Positions 20,961 through 31,986 of a stretch of DNA of 64,000 nucleotides are shown piece by piece. Below the pieces are notes generated by a model. That model worked only from the letters and a program-made list of their open reading frames with translations, did no database searches and was not told the DNA's origin. Each line of letters starts with the position of its first letter. The first letter of the stretch is position 1. Source of the DNA: Thermoanaerobaculia bacterium (GTDB lineage: Bacteria > Acidobacteriota > Thermoanaerobaculia > Gp7-AA8); NCBI GenBank assembly GCA_036389275.1, contig DASVQE010000052.1:99637-163636 (forward strand). Direction: 5' to 3'. Both the position numbers and the translations under genes were made by a program.

Positions 20961-21873
20961 ATGCGTCGAGTTCTCATCGCGCTCCTGCTGCTCGGCGTGC
21001 CAACGCTCCATGCGTCAGGCCCGAAGCCCTGCGCTGATACCGGCGAGTCATCATCGACACGAACGATCACGCCGAATTTCGGGACAGCGATGAAGGCTGA
21101 GGACGTACCAAAGAGCATGCGCCAGGCTGCAGTGAACGGCTGGAGCGTCTCCTACGTCCCACGGAACGAGCGTACTCCCGATGGTCTGGCGGTGATGGCT
21201 GCACGGCGGTTCACGTTCGGTAAGAAGACGTTCTACCTGCTCACGGTCCGCGGCGAGATGAGTATCTTCAGTACTGCATGCGAGCGTGACTGGTGTGCGG
21301 AGTTCACATGGTGGCCGGCAACGGCGACGTTCGTTGCTGACGCGGCGCGGCCGCGCCAGGTGGTGCCGGGGCGATGAGTGGTACTTGCTCACCGCCGATG
21401 GCCCGATTCTCGTTGCCACCGACGCGTTCAGCGAAGGCTACGTCTGGGAGGAGGATTGCTCATTGCGAGCGCTCACGGATGCCGCAACCGGCCAGGCGGT
21501 CCGACCACCGACAACGACTGCCGCGCCGAAGGCTCCTGCGCCATCACCCTTGCCTTCGCACATGGAGAGCGTGTGCGCACCGAGCGAGACCGTCGCGTGC
21601 TTCGAGGCGCGCAGCCTGCGCGTCACCGACACCGCGGGACGCCCGGTACCGGTCATCGCGCGCGATGGTCGGACGGCAAGCTTCTCACATGGACCGGTGA
21701 GCGCTGTCGTCGTCGCTGTAACTGCTACGTGCGCGACCGGGAATGTCTTACGTGCGCGCATCACGAGCACTAGCGAGTACCAGGTCACGTTCCGCAACAT
21801 TCACACGAACAAGACGCAGCAGGTTGCGGTCACGCCGAAGGGAGCCACCGGGGCGACACTCCCCTGCGACTAG
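20961..21873 (+). pseudogene. Secreted hypothetical protein with an apparent frameshift near 21350
   Basis: aaggagg Shine-Dalgarno plus ATG and a signal peptide. Coding continues convincingly in the frame of ORF 21286..21873 without an available start codon. Confidence 0.4.
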
Positions 21874-21943
21874 CCCAGTCCGGAGCTTTTTTCGCTTGAA
21901 CACGCCGCCGATACAAACTCCTGAAGCGGCAGCACAAGAATCC

Positions 21944-23597
21944 TCAGATCTCGTAAGTCCGTTGCCCAAGCCATCGATTCAATGTCTCGTTCACGCCTGA
22001 ATCGCTCGTCGGCAGTCGCTCGCGTACCGCCTCCTCAAACATGTTTAGCAATGTACCCTGCCGTCGACGAGCGAGGATCTTGAATACCTCGACAATCATC
22101 GCCGGCTCGTCGTGCACGAGGAGATCGATGGTTGATCCCGACCGACCCACTCTCCTCGATTGCGCGGACGAGAAGCCCACTCTCGCTGCCACGTGCGGCC
22201 TCGTACGCGATGCTGGCCCACGCGGCTGGTGATGTCGCATGTTCGCCGGCACGTTCTACGTAATCGATGACGCGCTGTAGGTCACCGCGCGCTGCGAGCG
22301 TAGCAACCACATACTCGAAGAGTGGCGAGGTGCGCAGCCGTGGCAAAATACCATCAGCGATCCGCCATAGAAGATTGTTATCCTCATATGTCAAACCGAG
22401 TGCGCTAACGAGTAGCGGCAAGTCCTCATCATCTATTGAGTCTATGTGCGCTAGAAGCCATTCAACAGTCTCGTCAAACAGCGACGCGATCGGAAACGCT
22501 TCGTCGAGCGTGTCAAATACCGCGTAGTGATGCGGACACGCGACGACGGCGTGAGCCGCTATACCGTCCCGACTCCAATAATCGCGCAGCCGATCTAGCG
22601 AATCCGAGTTGCGCGTGACCCATCGCGAACGAACCAGATGCAAAAGTGCTTCGCGAAATACCCGTCGATCAGGCGCAAAATCTTCAAAGATTCTGCGTAC
22701 CAGGATCTCGCGTGCTGGCCCCTTGCGGAGTCGTTGAAGAATCACGATGATTTGCAGGAGCAAGACCTCATTGGCGGATGACGGATCGTTGCGCAAGGCA
22801 TCGACGTCCTCGCGCGTCCGATAGTCAACGCTCGTTGCGGAGTGCGAGGGCAGAACACTAACGTTTGGGATCTCGGTTGTCTCGGAAATTTGCGGCGTTC
22901 GTTCGGAGAGAACGATTGAAGTACTTTCGGCGGCAACCACCTCACGAAGCGCGACTGCTGTTGCAGCACGATGGCGTTCCTCCTGAATCGCACGCACGAC
23001 CCCAAAACGTTTCTCTGGCGCCATGCCAATGAGCGCGCGATGCGCGTGGTCATCATCGGGCGAAACCACCCGGTCGGATTGCTTAGCAGTCAAGGCCTGC
23101 AGTAGTTCTGCAGGAGTAGCCGTGGTAATCACATGTCCCACGACGCCGTAGCCATTAACAACTATGGTGCTTGGACGCTGTGGTACGTCGAGGTTGACGC
23201 CGAAACTCTTTGCCGTTCGCTTGCCCAATGCGGTTGACGCGAACGGGTGAAGATCAAAAGTCGCGCCGCTCCAGCCCGTGATGCTGTCATAGATCGTACT
23301 GAGACGTCGGTAGAGTCCCCATCCGTCGTATAAGACACGCTCGATCTGCACAGCATCCAAGTCGCCTGCCGCGTGGCCTTGGACGAAGTCGATGAACGTC
23401 CTTCGCGTGAAGGTGAGTACGCCGTTACTCCACTCGGTGTCCTCGGGGATCGTGTCGCGGAGCCGATCGCAGAACGCGAAAACAACCCGCGTGCTGTTTT
23501 CAGCTGCACCCCACTCGCGTGTGGCGACACGGTGGGAGTTTTCTCGTGCGAGCCACGCCAGCCACAGCGTCCATGCGAGGTTGAACTGATCACTGGT
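21944..23597 (-). pseudogene. Large hypothetical protein, frameshift near 22170
   Basis: ORF 22035..23651 loses protein-like character at its C-terminus while ORF 21944..22252 carries a clean C-terminal continuation. The likely start is the internal M near 23597. Confidence 0.45.
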
Positions 23598-23621
23598 CAT
23601 GCGCGCAAAAGCTTTAAACCC

Positions 23622-24260
23622 ATGGACATCCTCCACGCCAACATGGGACATGAGTTAAAGACCAGGTATCTCCACGACCGCTCGAAAACCCTACGCGTGT
23701 CATGGGAGCCACGCGTGCGCTATCGCAGGATCGAGATACGAGATGAATCTCGGTGGAGCGACTACTACTGCAACCTCACCCTCACCGACGATGACACTTC
23801 GATTGCTCTCGTCGTGACGCTGCGCAACCGCGATCGGCTGCAACAGCGTGGAGCCGCGAACGCCATTCACTTCGATCACCCCAAGTTCCCTGAGTACGCG
23901 ATCCGATTCGGGGAACTCCACTGCCGAAGAATGCCTGAGATCGCCGCACAAATCGATACCACCCTAGCCAAACTTCTCGACCGTCCCCCGCCGTGCAGCA
24001 TCGGTGGTTTCGACTACGAACGCCACTGGCGACCAGCGGCGCGCACGATCCTGCCCACCGTCGTCCGTGCGCGGCAAACGATCGATCGTGCAACCTGTCC
24101 CAGCGTCGGCATCAACGATATCGTCGACGGCCTGCTCCAGAACCGCACGCCTTCTACGACAGCATTCGCGTGTCGGCCGACTACGAAAGTACCAAAAACC
24201 TCTTTGGCTGAACGCCGGCCCTGCCTGAGAGCTTTCTGGTGTGTACCCGCCACATCGTGA
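23622..24260 (+). CDS. Hypothetical protein
   Basis: Divergent from the upstream minus-strand gene across an AT-rich spacer. Protein-like for about 180 aa. Confidence 0.3.
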   Translation: MDILHANMGHELKTRYLHDRSKTLRVSWEPRVRYRRIEIRDESRWSDYYCNLTLTDDDTSIALVVTLRNRDRLQQRGAANAIHFDHPKFPEYAIRFGELHCRRMPEIAAQIDTTLAKLLDRPPPCSIGGFDYERHWRPAARTILPTVVRARQTIDRATCPSVGINDIVDGLLQNRTPSTTAFACRPTTKVPKTSLAERRPCLRAFWCVPATS

Positions 24261-24476
24261 GGCGTGGAGGTGCAGCGTGAGCGTTCGTGATGAGGTGCCG
24301 CGACTCTCGATCACGCGAGATCCCGATTCGATTCGAGACGACCGATGCCGCGTCGCTGATGGGTCTTCGTGGCCCGTTCGCCTCGTCATTCCGCTCTCGG
24401 TTGGCGAAGCTGTCGTGAGCTGGGTGGTTCCGACGCCCATCCGGTGCGAGTCGTGTGGCCAGACGCGGGAGAGACC

Positions 24477-25250
24477 ATGAGATTCCTGCTCGTCGTCCTC
24501 CTCTTCGCCACCGCGTGTGATGAGTCGTCCTTCTCTGCGTCGGCGTCCGTGCTTCATCGTGCCGCGGGCATCGAGGCGCGGGTGGTCGTTCCTGAGACGG
24601 TCGATCTCTTGCTGGATGCGACGGAGCACTCGCCGGGCAATCTTGACACGCTGGCGCTACAGCTCGACGCGATCCTTCCGGTTCTCGCTGATCGGTCGGG
24701 TGTGGTTCGTCTGTTCGTCGTGCGCGAGTCGGTCGACGCGACCGTCGTCGTCTCCTCATTCTCCTTCGCGGCTTCGCGGAGTTCGAATTTGCACGTGCAG
24801 GCGCGCGAGCGCGCCGCGATGATCGCCGCAGCGCGCGAGCAACTCCTGCGTGCCGCGCACGCGTCGAGTACGCCCATTCCGCGACGCAGTCCGTTGTTTG
24901 CTGCCCTCACGCGTATCGGCATGACGAGCACGCCGTACCCGACGCGCACGATCGTGTTGCTCTCTGATCTGCGCACCGAGGAGGCGAGCGGTGCTGCGCG
25001 GATCGCCTGGGAGTGTGGCCCGATCGACGTGGAGACGCTTGTGCCGGTGCTTGATCGCGAGCGGCTCCTCCTGCCGGACTCGCTGCGCGGCGTGAGGGTC
25101 GTTGCGGCGTTCTTCGACATCAGTCCTGCATCCAAGTGTCAGAACACGGTCGCGCGCCATCTTGCGTTGCGCGAGGCGTGGCAGCAGCTCATCGCGCGCG
25201 CAGGTGCGCGCATCACGTTTACGAGTGGACCGTATGGAGGCGAACGATGA
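24477..25250 (+). CDS. Lipoprotein
   Basis: MRFLLVVLLFATAC lipobox. First gene of a + strand block with overlapping stops and starts. Confidence 0.5.
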   Translation: MRFLLVVLLFATACDESSFSASASVLHRAAGIEARVVVPETVDLLLDATEHSPGNLDTLALQLDAILPVLADRSGVVRLFVVRESVDATVVVSSFSFAASRSSNLHVQARERAAMIAAAREQLLRAAHASSTPIPRRSPLFAALTRIGMTSTPYPTRTIVLLSDLRTEEASGAARIAWECGPIDVETLVPVLDRERLLLPDSLRGVRVVAAFFDISPASKCQNTVARHLALREAWQQLIARAGARITFTSGPYGGER

Positions 25251-26071
25251 AAGTGGTGGAGGGAGTTGTTCAGTACTTTCGATGGCAGATCGTGAGCTGG
25301 CGCGTCCGTCGTCATGCGGAAGCGAATGCGTACCACGGACTCGAAGGCAAGGCGGGACAGGTGCTCGCTGCCGAACACGGCACGCTAGCGGCCGGCCCGA
25401 CGGAGTTGTTTGCTGATGAGACGCCGCCGGACACGACGCGCGCGCAGGCCACGGTCAACGAGCTTGGCGAAGCGCTCGCGCCCTACGCGTGGTACCCGCT
25501 CATCCCGATCCTCCTCGTCTTCTTCGGCTTCATTGGTTGGCGCGGGAGCACGCGGCTCTTCCTCGCCAGCGGTTTTCCCGCGACGGACGCCATGCTCCTG
25601 GGCGTCATGCTCGAATCCTTCAACGTGTTTCTCGTCTGGCTGCTCCACCAGGCGTGGCTGCGCCCGTACGACGGGACGAGCCGTCGCACGGTGCACCTGA
25701 CGCTGCTCACGATCGTCTATCTGCTCCTCATCGGTTGCATGGTCGCGCTGCGCCTGGGCCAGGCAGACCCGAGCGAACCCGTATTTCTGCGGTTGGCCAA
25801 CGCTGGGTTGATCGTCGCCAGCGTCGTGGGCCCGGCCTTCGCGATCGAAATCCTCGCGCGCATCGGCTACCGCATCGCGCCGCTCTTGTATCGACGGAAT
25901 CGCGCGGCGCGCATCATCAGGGAGGCAGAGGGAGCACACCGTCGCAACCTTGCGCAGCGCGAGGACTTGGCGCGGCGCACCGCACTCTGGTCGGAGCAAG
26001 CGACGAAGCTGGAGAACCTCTATGAGATGGAGTACGCCAAAGCAGCCAAGCGCTTCTCAAGAGGTGAGTGA
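25247..26071 (+). CDS. Membrane protein with C-terminal coiled-coil
   Basis: ATGA coupling. 4-5 TM helices. Confidence 0.5.
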   Translation: MKVVEGVVQYFRWQIVSWRVRRHAEANAYHGLEGKAGQVLAAEHGTLAAGPTELFADETPPDTTRAQATVNELGEALAPYAWYPLIPILLVFFGFIGWRGSTRLFLASGFPATDAMLLGVMLESFNVFLVWLLHQAWLRPYDGTSRRTVHLTLLTIVYLLLIGCMVALRLGQADPSEPVFLRLANAGLIVASVVGPAFAIEILARIGYRIAPLLYRRNRAARIIREAEGAHRRNLAQREDLARRTALWSEQATKLENLYEMEYAKAAKRFSRGE

Positions 26072-26433
26072 TGCCGCTCCTTCGCGTCCTCACGCACGCC
26101 GTGATCATCATCGCGTGCGCGTACCTCTTGCGGTTCTTCGCGCAAGCCGCACGCGCAAGCGCGCTCGTCTCCGTCCTGAATTTCTTGAGCGCGGGGTGGT
26201 ACATAATCCTCGCGCTCGTCACGAGCGCCGCGATGCACAACCAGAAATCCGTCGTCATCGCCATCTGCACCCTCGTTTCCCTGGGCTCAGCGCCGTTTGC
26301 CTCGATGGACGACTTCGCGCACACGATCGTTCCGATCGGCGTTGGCATCCTGTTGGGGACAGCACTGCGACCGGCGATTCGGGAGTGGAGTCATGACCGC
26401 GCTGCCACCCAACCCGTACCTCCCGACGAATGA
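26068..26433 (+). CDS. Small membrane protein (3 TM)
   Basis: ATGA coupling. Confidence 0.45.
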   Translation: MMPLLRVLTHAVIIIACAYLLRFFAQAARASALVSVLNFLSAGWYIILALVTSAAMHNQKSVVIAICTLVSLGSAPFASMDDFAHTIVPIGVGILLGTALRPAIREWSHDRAATQPVPPDE

Positions 26434-26776
26434 GTCGGTCGAGACGACGAGTGTCGAGCGCACGAGCGTGGACGGCACTCTCATCCTCGCCCTGACGGAA
26501 ACGATCAAGATCAACGCTCTCACTGGCGCGCGCGAACTGACGAAAGACGAGGCGCGCGGGACGACGAGCGATGGTCGCGTCATCGACGACAAGTCCCGCC
26601 TTCGCGTCTGCGAGACGTGTCGCAGCTTGCTTTCGGCGGCGCGGGAGTGCGCAGTCTGTTTGCGTTCCGTCTGCGGACGGTGCGTCCGCCGCGTCCAGCG
26701 CAACGGTCAAGGATTGGAGGTGTGCACGTCATGTCGGTGGCGCACGTTGCCGAGCGAACTCCTGCGACTCTCGTAA
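26393..26776 (+). CDS. Cys-rich zinc-finger protein (4x CxxC)
   Basis: CETC…CAVC…CGRC…CTSC. Confidence 0.45.
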   Translation: MTALPPNPYLPTNESVETTSVERTSVDGTLILALTETIKINALTGARELTKDEARGTTSDGRVIDDKSRLRVCETCRSLLSAARECAVCLRSVCGRCVRRVQRNGQGLEVCTSCRWRTLPSELLRLS

Positions 26777-28130
26777 CGGACGAGCAACTTCGCCGCGAGC
26801 TCTCCTTCGCCGAGGAGTACGACCTCTCGCGCTACGACCGGTGGGTCGCAAGCCTCGTGCAGACCATCGGCAGCGCACCAGGGGCGGTCGCGCACCAGCG
26901 ACTGCGCGCTGCACTCGTGGCGCGAATACAGCCCTACCACGCATGTCATGAGGCGGTTCCGTTCGCAACACTCGACGGGCTCGATCGCGGCGGCCTCCGC
27001 CTCGGCGCGCAGCTCGCCGATCAGTCGCCCGTGACGCTCGGCCGCGAACTTGAGCATGTCCTCGTCTACGGTCCGACCGGCAGCGGGAAGTCGCACCTCC
27101 TGGCGCATCTCCTTCGCTCCGTGCTCGAACACCAGGAGAGGGCAATCGTGCTAGACGCCAAAGGCGATACGCCATGGATGCTGCAGCACGACGCGCTCTC
27201 CCTCAATGATCTCGAATTTTCCCTCGTCGCGAGCCCACCGTACGCATCACCGACAGAGTTCATCAATCGCTGGCTGATGCACTTTCGCGAATCCTTCTGG
27301 ACCGCCGAACTCCAGAGCGCGGTGCTCCTCCCGATCCTGCGCGAGATGATCCACCCCGGCCGCGCTGCGTCACTTGCCGAGATCGTCGACCGCATTCGGC
27401 TGCGCGACAAATCGCCAGCAGGCAAAGCCGCTGCTGATCGTTTGGAAAGTATCAGCCTCTCGTACCCGAAACTCTACGAGAGCACGGCGGACCGCTGGAG
27501 CGAACTGCATGAGCAGTCGCTCTACTGCCCGACCATCGGCACGCTGACGCCGGCAACGCGATTCGTCACGTGGCTGCTCATCATCGAGCGCTTCGCGTAC
27601 CTCCAGCACCGAGCGCACCGTGATCGCGTGCACACCGTCGTCTTCCTCGACGAAGCGCAGACGAGTTTGAGCAAGCGCACGCAAACGATCTCTGGCCTGC
27701 CGAGCACGCCCGTGCAACTCCTTCCTACGACGCGCGAGCATGGCCTGCAGTTCGTCGTTGCAACGCCATCATGGACGGAACTCGACCCGCTCGTCCTCTC
27801 CCAATTCCAGGTCCAGATCGCCCTGCAGCCAAGTGATGGGCGCGAACTTGATTCCATCACGAAAAGCTTTCGCCTAACACCAGCGCAGGCGCGGCTCACC
27901 AGCAGCATGCAGCGCGGCACCGCGCTCGGGAAGATTCGCGGTATCGGTCAGCCCTTCCTCTTCACGTACGAACCATTTCGCGAGCAGAAGGATATCGATC
28001 CCGCAACCGTTAGTGCAGCACGCGCGCGAGCTGAACGATTTTGCGATGCGTCCAACAGCGCAGCGAAGGAAGGGATCGCGAGCAACGGGCAGCCGACGCC
28101 GGCGGAGAGTCCGCGCCGTCATCCTCACCA
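26731..28130 (+). CDS. FtsK/HerA-type P-loop ATPase (putative DNA-transfer ATPase). The 3' end is uncertain.
   Basis: GGAGG Shine-Dalgarno plus ATG at 26731. Walker A VYGPTGSGKSHLL, Walker B VVFLDEAQ. The frame becomes low-complexity after about 28120, so there may be a frameshift fusion with the downstream wHTH gene. Confidence 0.65.
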
Positions 28131-28778
28131 CCGTCACGCGTTGCGCCGGTGGTGGAACAAACCAATCCGCCTAACACTGCAAAAACGCTTTCGCTCAACG
28201 AGCGCGAGCGCAAGATCCTCACGTACATCGCACAACGTGGCGTCCTCCTCGTCACCGAACTCCACGCAGAGCTGCACCTGCACGCGATGCAAGAAAGCAG
28301 AACGAGAAAAAACCTGCGCGCCCTCGGCCTCATCGAAGAGCATCGCATCACGACACGATCCGGCCGCGGCGGCACAAGCGTCGCCCTCACACTCACGCAA
28401 AAAGCACACGAGGAACTCCACCTACCAAAAGCGCATCTCGGCAAAGGCGGACCAGCGCACCGATACTACCTCCGATGCTTGCGCGATCATCTCGGCGCCA
28501 CACTCGAAGTGCATGAGACAGACGCGGTCGTTGCGTACAACAGCAAATGCCACGAACGACTTCAGAAGGCACTCGGGATCGCGGTCAACGACGGCGACAC
28601 AATCGGGATCGAAGTCGAAGTGAGCAACCCGCGGATCACCGCAACGCGTATCGCCGAACGTAACAAGCATTTCGCCCACATCATCGTTGCGACCTTGCCG
28701 CAGCACCTCGCGGCATTGCGCTCAACACACCCGCACGTCGTCAGCATCCTCGATCTCCTTGACGAGGTGCGCGCATGA
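28041..28778 (+). CDS. Winged-helix DNA-binding protein, replication-relaxation-like
   Basis: LSLNERERKILTYIAQRGVLLVTELHAELH…LGLIEEHRITT. The N-terminal 40 aa overlap the ATPase frame. Confidence 0.45.
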   Translation: MRCVQQRSEGRDREQRAADAGGESAPSSSPPSRVAPVVEQTNPPNTAKTLSLNERERKILTYIAQRGVLLVTELHAELHLHAMQESRTRKNLRALGLIEEHRITTRSGRGGTSVALTLTQKAHEELHLPKAHLGKGGPAHRYYLRCLRDHLGATLEVHETDAVVAYNSKCHERLQKALGIAVNDGDTIGIEVEVSNPRITATRIAERNKHFAHIIVATLPQHLAALRSTHPHVVSILDLLDEVRA

Positions 28779-29044
28779 ATCGTGAGGAAGCACTCGCTGT
28801 GCTCGCGCAACTTGAAGTGCAGCGACTCGACACACTGGCTCGACTTATCGCTATTGAAGTCGGCAACGTCGAACGTGAGGATCGCCTGCTCAGCGTGCAG
28901 GAAGCGGCGCCGATTTTGGGCGTCACGATCGACTGGCTGTACCGCCACGCTGACGACTTCACCTTTACCATCCGCCCAGGACCAGGACAGGTCCGCTTCA
29001 GCAATGTCGGCATCCAGGAGTATCTCCGCCAGAAGCGACGGTAG
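28775..29044 (+). CDS. Excisionase/AlpA-like HTH protein (Xis)
   Basis: LSVQEAAPILGVTIDWLYRHA. ATGA coupling. Immediately upstream of the integrase. Confidence 0.6.
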   Translation: MNREEALAVLAQLEVQRLDTLARLIAIEVGNVEREDRLLSVQEAAPILGVTIDWLYRHADDFTFTIRPGPGQVRFSNVGIQEYLRQKRR

Positions 29045-29100
29045 CTACGGTTTCGCTACTGGACCTTCGTACAACGCAGACGGTTGTTTGTTCCTGAACT

Positions 29101-30161
29101 ATGCGTGGTGATGGGCGCCTCTTCCGACGAGCACGTTCACCGTTCTGGTGGATGAGCTACTACCTCGACGGTCGCGAGTATCGAGAAAGCACCGGCACGA
29201 CGGAAGAGAAACAAGCGCGCAAGGCGCTGCGCCTGCGCCTGCAGGAAGTCGCCAACGACAAGAGCGGCATCCAACCGTTCCTCGGTCCCGGCGCGAGCGC
29301 ATCAACGACCTGCTCGATGAGTTGGCCCAGGACTACCGCGTCCGCGCGAAGCTCTCAGCGACCGTCGTCTCGCACCTCAAACGTATCCGCGCACGCTTCG
29401 GTACTGAACGCGCAGCGCAACTCGACGCCAAACAGATCGACTCCTACATCGCTGAGCAACTCGAAGCCGGTGTCGCTCCAGCAACGATCAACCGTGGCAC
29501 CCAACTCCTTAGCCAGGCGTATAACCTCGCGCTCCTGCGCGGCAGGCTCACGAAGAAGCCGCACATCAGAAAGCTCCCGGAGAAAAACATCCGGCAGGGA
29601 TTCTTCGAACACGATCAGTTCCTCGCAATCATCGAGCACCTCCCCGAGCACCTGCGCGACTACTGCCGTTTTGCGTACCTTACCGGCTGGCGACGGGGGG
29701 AATGCTCCAGCCTCACGTGGGAAGACGTTGACCAACGCTCGCGACTCATCCACCTGCGACCGGAGCGCAGCAAGAACGGCCACGCGCGCAAAGTCGCACT
29801 CGAAGGAGAACTGTGGGAGATCATCCAGCGCCGCTTGAGCGAGCGCGTAGTGACGCGCAAGAGCGGCGCGACGACGATGCTGCGCTATGTCTTCCACCGC
29901 GACGGACACCCTATTGGCGAGTTCAAGAAGTCCTGGGCGACCGCGTGCAACGCAGCAGGGCTCGGGCACAAGCTCTTCCACGACCTCCGCCGCACCGCCG
30001 TCCGTAACATGGTCCGCGCGGGCGTTCCTGAGAGCGTCGCGATGAAGATCAGCGGACACCGCACCCGCGCCGTCTTCGACCGGTACAACATCACCGACGA
30101 ACGAGACCTTCGCGACGCGATGCTCAAGACACAGATATATCTGCAGGAATCGGCGCGATGA
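29101..30161 (+). pseudogene. Tyrosine recombinase/integrase with a frameshift near 29285
   Basis: Arm-binding-like N-terminus (GDGRLFRRARSPFWWMSYYLDGREYRESTGT) in one frame, then the core (LTGWRRGE…HDLRRT…GHRTRAVFDRYN catalytic Tyr) in another. Confidence 0.8.
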
Positions 30162-30427
30162 GAGTCCCAATCCTCAACCACGTTATGCTGATCGGCCGCC
30201 TCGCAATTCTCCCGCGAGCCGGTGAGAGCGGGACAGCCGTCGAACTTGAACTACCGCACCGCGATGCTCGCGAGCTGCTCCGCGTTACCTGTGTCGCGGG
30301 CGGTGCAATCGCCGAAACACTGCGCGCGAAAGGACATGTCGGTACTCCCGTCCTGATCTCCGGCGCGCTGAGCGTCGACCGCGAAGGACGCCTCCACGTG
30401 CGCATCAGCGCATTCCAATTCCTGTAG
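30158..30427 (+). CDS. Short OB-fold SSB-like protein
   Basis: NHVMLIGRLAILPRAG…GTAVELEL…VLISGALSVDREGRLHVRISAFQF pattern resembling SSB. ATGA coupling to int. Confidence 0.45.
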   Translation: MRVPILNHVMLIGRLAILPRAGESGTAVELELPHRDARELLRVTCVAGGAIAETLRAKGHVGTPVLISGALSVDREGRLHVRISAFQFL

Positions 30428-30561
30428 AGTCCAGGGCAGCTGCCTTGCGCTCTTTCTCTCTTGAGTCCAGCATGTGGGCAAAATCCAGCATCGTGCTTTT
30501 TGGTTTCTGCTACGCTCCCAGCCGAGGTCCGGTAGGTAAGACTTTCACGGGGGGTGCCGCC

Positions 30562-31569
30562 ATGGTTGGACCAGGCGAGCTGCAGAAGCTCGAGGTTGAC
30601 GAGATTGAGCTGGATCGTTCGAATCCGCGCATCCGGAAGTTTCTTGAGATGTATCCGGATCCCACGCCGGAGCAATTCTTTCAAGCACTTGGTTCGCCCA
30701 GCGATGACGAGGGTGACGGCAGCGCGAAGTTCGAGCAGCTGAAGAACTCCATCCTGACGAACCGCGGAATTATCCAGCCGATCCTCGTGAACCGCACCTC
30801 CGATGGAAGACTCGTGTGCGTTGAGGGGAACACGCGCGTCGCACTCTACAAGCACTTCATCGAGGAGAAAGCGAAGGGGAACTGGACGGAGATCCCAGCG
30901 CTCGTCTGGGACAACATGGACGCGAAGCAGGTCGACGCGATCCGCCTGCAGGTGCACCTCGTGGGTACGCGCGCGTGGGACCCCTACTCGAAGGCGAAGT
31001 ACCTGCACCACCTTCGGACGCAGGAACTCCTGCCGTTCTCCGAGATCGTGGATTTCTGCGGCGGTAGGAAGAAGGAGGTCGTGGAGCTCATCGAAGCCTA
31101 CGACGACATGGAGAAGTACTACCGGCCGGTAGCCACGGACCAGAATTTCGACATTCGCCGGTTCAGCGGTTTCGTCGAGCTCCAACGGCAAGATACGAAA
31201 GAGGCAATCCTTGAAGCCGGCTTCTCGCTCACGGATTTTGCCGAGTGGATTCACACCGGCAAGCTCTATCCTCTCTACACGGTTCGGTCGCTCCGTCGCA
31301 TCCTTCGGAACGACAAGGCGCGCGACGTGTTCTTGAAGCACGGCGCGAAGAAGGCGATGGAGATTGTCGACAAGCCAGACATCAGCGATGCGCTCGGGAA
31401 CGCGAACATGACGCACCTCGCGAAGGCCCTCTCGCATCGTGTCTACAACCTGCCATGGCCGGAGGCACAGCTCGTTCGTGAGGACCCGTCCTCGGAGAGC
31501 GCGCAGGCGCTCCACGACCTCGTGTCGCTGCTCCATCAGCTTCTAGGAGTCACCGCGAGCGAGGAGTGA
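30562..31569 (+). CDS. ParB/Srx-like nuclease-domain protein (paralog 1)
   Basis: IELDRSNPRIRKF … IIQPILVNRTSDGRLVCVEGNTRVALYKHF. The ORF is open from 30445. First gene of the operon. Confidence 0.7.
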   Translation: MVGPGELQKLEVDEIELDRSNPRIRKFLEMYPDPTPEQFFQALGSPSDDEGDGSAKFEQLKNSILTNRGIIQPILVNRTSDGRLVCVEGNTRVALYKHFIEEKAKGNWTEIPALVWDNMDAKQVDAIRLQVHLVGTRAWDPYSKAKYLHHLRTQELLPFSEIVDFCGGRKKEVVELIEAYDDMEKYYRPVATDQNFDIRRFSGFVELQRQDTKEAILEAGFSLTDFAEWIHTGKLYPLYTVRSLRRILRNDKARDVFLKHGAKKAMEIVDKPDISDALGNANMTHLAKALSHRVYNLPWPEAQLVREDPSSESAQALHDLVSLLHQLLGVTASEE

Positions 31570-31572
31570 CGC

Positions 31573-31986
31573 TTGGGTGAGACACAAGGTCACCATGCGC
31601 TCGTCGAACGCACGTACCGCTACTTCCTCGCGCGCTTCCCGCCGGCGTTTGGGCACGCAATCTTCGTGGATCTTCCATCGACACCGCGCGGCGAGAAGCC
31701 GCGCGGCATCTTCGGCTTCGTGCCCGACGTGTTGGCGATGGACGTCCCCGCGACCTTCCACGCCATCGGCGAGGCGAAGACGGCGGGCGATCTCGAGAAC
31801 GATCACACTCGTGCGCAGTTTCGCGCGTACCTGCGCCACCTCCGGCTGCGAGGAGGCGTGCTCGTGGTGACGGTTCCGTGGACGGTGGCAGCGACGGCGC
31901 GCGGCATGGTCGCCGTCGCCGCGATGGAAACCGGGGCCACCATGATCGAAGTCGTTGTGCTGGACGATGGTGTCCCATGCCTCTGA
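31573..31986 (+). CDS. Small protein with a PD-(D/E)xK-like signature
   Basis: GFVPDVLAMD … AIGEAKT. Its stop overlaps the helicase start. Confidence 0.4.
   Translation: MGETQGHHALVERTYRYFLARFPPAFGHAIFVDLPSTPRGEKPRGIFGFVPDVLAMDVPATFHAIGEAKTAGDLENDHTRAQFRAYLRHLRLRGGVLVVTVPWTVAATARGMVAVAAMETGATMIEVVVLDDGVPCL

Noticed and set aside
28623-28623. Treating the ATPase ORF 26617..28623 as a 668-aa protein
   Set aside because: The C-terminal about 160 aa are low-complexity and overlap a well-formed wHTH gene in another frame. Premature end or frameshift fusion is more likely.
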